From NCBI GenBank assembly GCA_054661495.1, contig BAAFSQ010000353.1:1-9140 (forward strand): a stretch of DNA of 9,140 bases. The letters are read 5' to 3'. Source of the DNA: Zygophlyctis sp. KS116. Lineage: Eukaryota; Fungi; Chytridiomycota. The number at the start of each line of letters is the position of its first letter. The first letter of the stretch is position 1. The notes beneath the pieces were generated by a model. It was given only the letters and a program-made list of their open reading frames with translations, was not told the origin of the DNA and searched no databases. Below are positions 7,901 through 9,140 of the stretch, piece by piece. Both the position numbers and the translations under genes were made by a program.

Positions 7901-9025
7901 TTAAAAATCATCTTGTCCATAAGTTTCAGTCGCCGTTCCCAACATTTTGGGATCCTATATTTATTAGTTTAGGATAAACTAGTACCATTGAAGGATACAA
8001 AATTTCTCCAGATCCAGTTCCATTCATGTTTATACTTTTACTTGCAAGTACTCCCGGAGGTGGTGGAGGACCTCTTAAAGATTCTAATGGAGGTGGTGGT
8101 AAAATACCTAAATTTAAGAAAAACAAGAATTACCTTTTCCAGATTTCCCTTGTTGAGTCTTTGATTTACCCCATTGTACTCTTAAAGAATGACCTTTAAC
8201 TTCAAAATTATTAATATAATGTTCTGCAGCTAATTCAGCGGAATGTCTATCTGCAAATGTTAAAAATGCACATTTAGCTCTTCTAAGAATTACTAGAGAA
8301 GTAATTTCTCCAAACATATACATTTCTTCTCTTATATCAGCTTCTGTAATCTCTGCATCTACATTACTAAGATACAAAGTTGTAATAGATTTATCTGTAG
8401 GTGAAGTATATAATGCCTTTGCAGAGCTTTTATCTAATATTTTCTTTGCAAGTGGATCATTAACACCAAGATATTTATCTTTTGTAGAGGTATTTGATTG
8501 ATTTCCTATAGCTATTTCATGTCTAAAAGGACAAGCTTCTCCTTTCTGACATTCTCCTTTTTGAAAGAATGAACAAACTCTAATCTTGTTTCTATTTTGT
8601 GAGGTTCTAGAGAGAGATTTCAGCATTTCCTTTGCAGCAGAATCTGCTTTTCCTATTCTAGATAGATGCGATGAATCTGTTTTTGCCATATTACTAACAT
8701 AATATTCTGTATTTACATTAGAATTTGGAACAAGACTAGTACTTCCGAGTACTGCATCTCTGACTCCAGCAGGCAAACCATAGTCCAAATCAAGAATACA
8801 AGACTGACATACATTTTTAAGTTTAGCGCATAATTGACAAATTTCGGTCCTTCGTAATTTAGTGTCTGAGCCTGGATTCCATTTAAAAACAGTAAATGGT
8901 CTAGAACAGACTTTACAATCTTTTCCGTCAGTCTCTCTACTCATCCTAATATAAGGATTTGGGCCGAGACATGATTCACACAGGATGGGAAAGTCGGCTT
9001 TTGTATCTGATGAAAGTCGAGACAT
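7901..9025 (-). CDS. RBM22: Pre-mRNA splicing factor SLT11/ECM2/RBM22 (3 exons, about 355 aa)
   Basis: DFPILCESCLGPNPYIRM, CKVCSRPFTVFKW, KNVCQSCILDLDYGLP, CCCH finger CSFFQKGECQKGEACPFRHE, RRM (CAFLTF) and Pro-rich tail. Introns 8133-8108 and 7985-7955 restore the family C-terminal YPSMDPKMLG. Stop TAA at 7903-7901. Confidence 0.95.
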
Positions 9026-9140
9026 TTTCTAATGGTCAGCCCTAACATCGGGCGGTCTCAATGTAAGTTATGGTAAGAGCATTTCCATCTTGCATTACTA
9101 AAGTTATCGACATAATAAATCAATTCACTCTATACAAAGA

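Noticed and set aside
7926-8126. Separate 66-aa Pro-rich gene
   Set aside because: It is essentially exon 2 of RBM22 plus intron read-through.

Overview
AT-rich, extremely gene-dense nuclear DNA from a flagellated eukaryote, most likely a zoosporic fungus (chytrid/Rozella-like; inferred from ciliary genes plus a fungal-type 5S rRNA). Once very short GT-AG introns are removed, the fragmented ORF track resolves into eight protein genes and one RNA gene. In order: 3' end of a Ser/Thr-rich GPI-anchored protein (+), a RasGEF (+), DPM2 (-), a 7-exon CEP83-like centriolar coiled-coil protein (-), a solitary 5S rRNA gene (-), a 6-exon kinesin-2 (KIF3-like) motor (+), MZM1/LYRM7 (-), ATP12 (+) and SLT11/ECM2/RBM22 (-). 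Notable points: 16 introns of only 24-34 nt; a 9-nt micro-exon inside the kinesin P-loop; convergent genes whose stop codons are 0, 2 and 7 nt apart; two functionally matched head-to-head pairs (ciliary CEP83/KIF3 with the 5S gene between them, mitochondrial MZM1/ATP12); a possible CUG-initiated presequence for ATP12; and TTAGGG motifs confined to start-proximal intergenic DNA. No mobile element or CRISPR array was seen. All gene models and family calls were made by hand from motif recall, without database searches.
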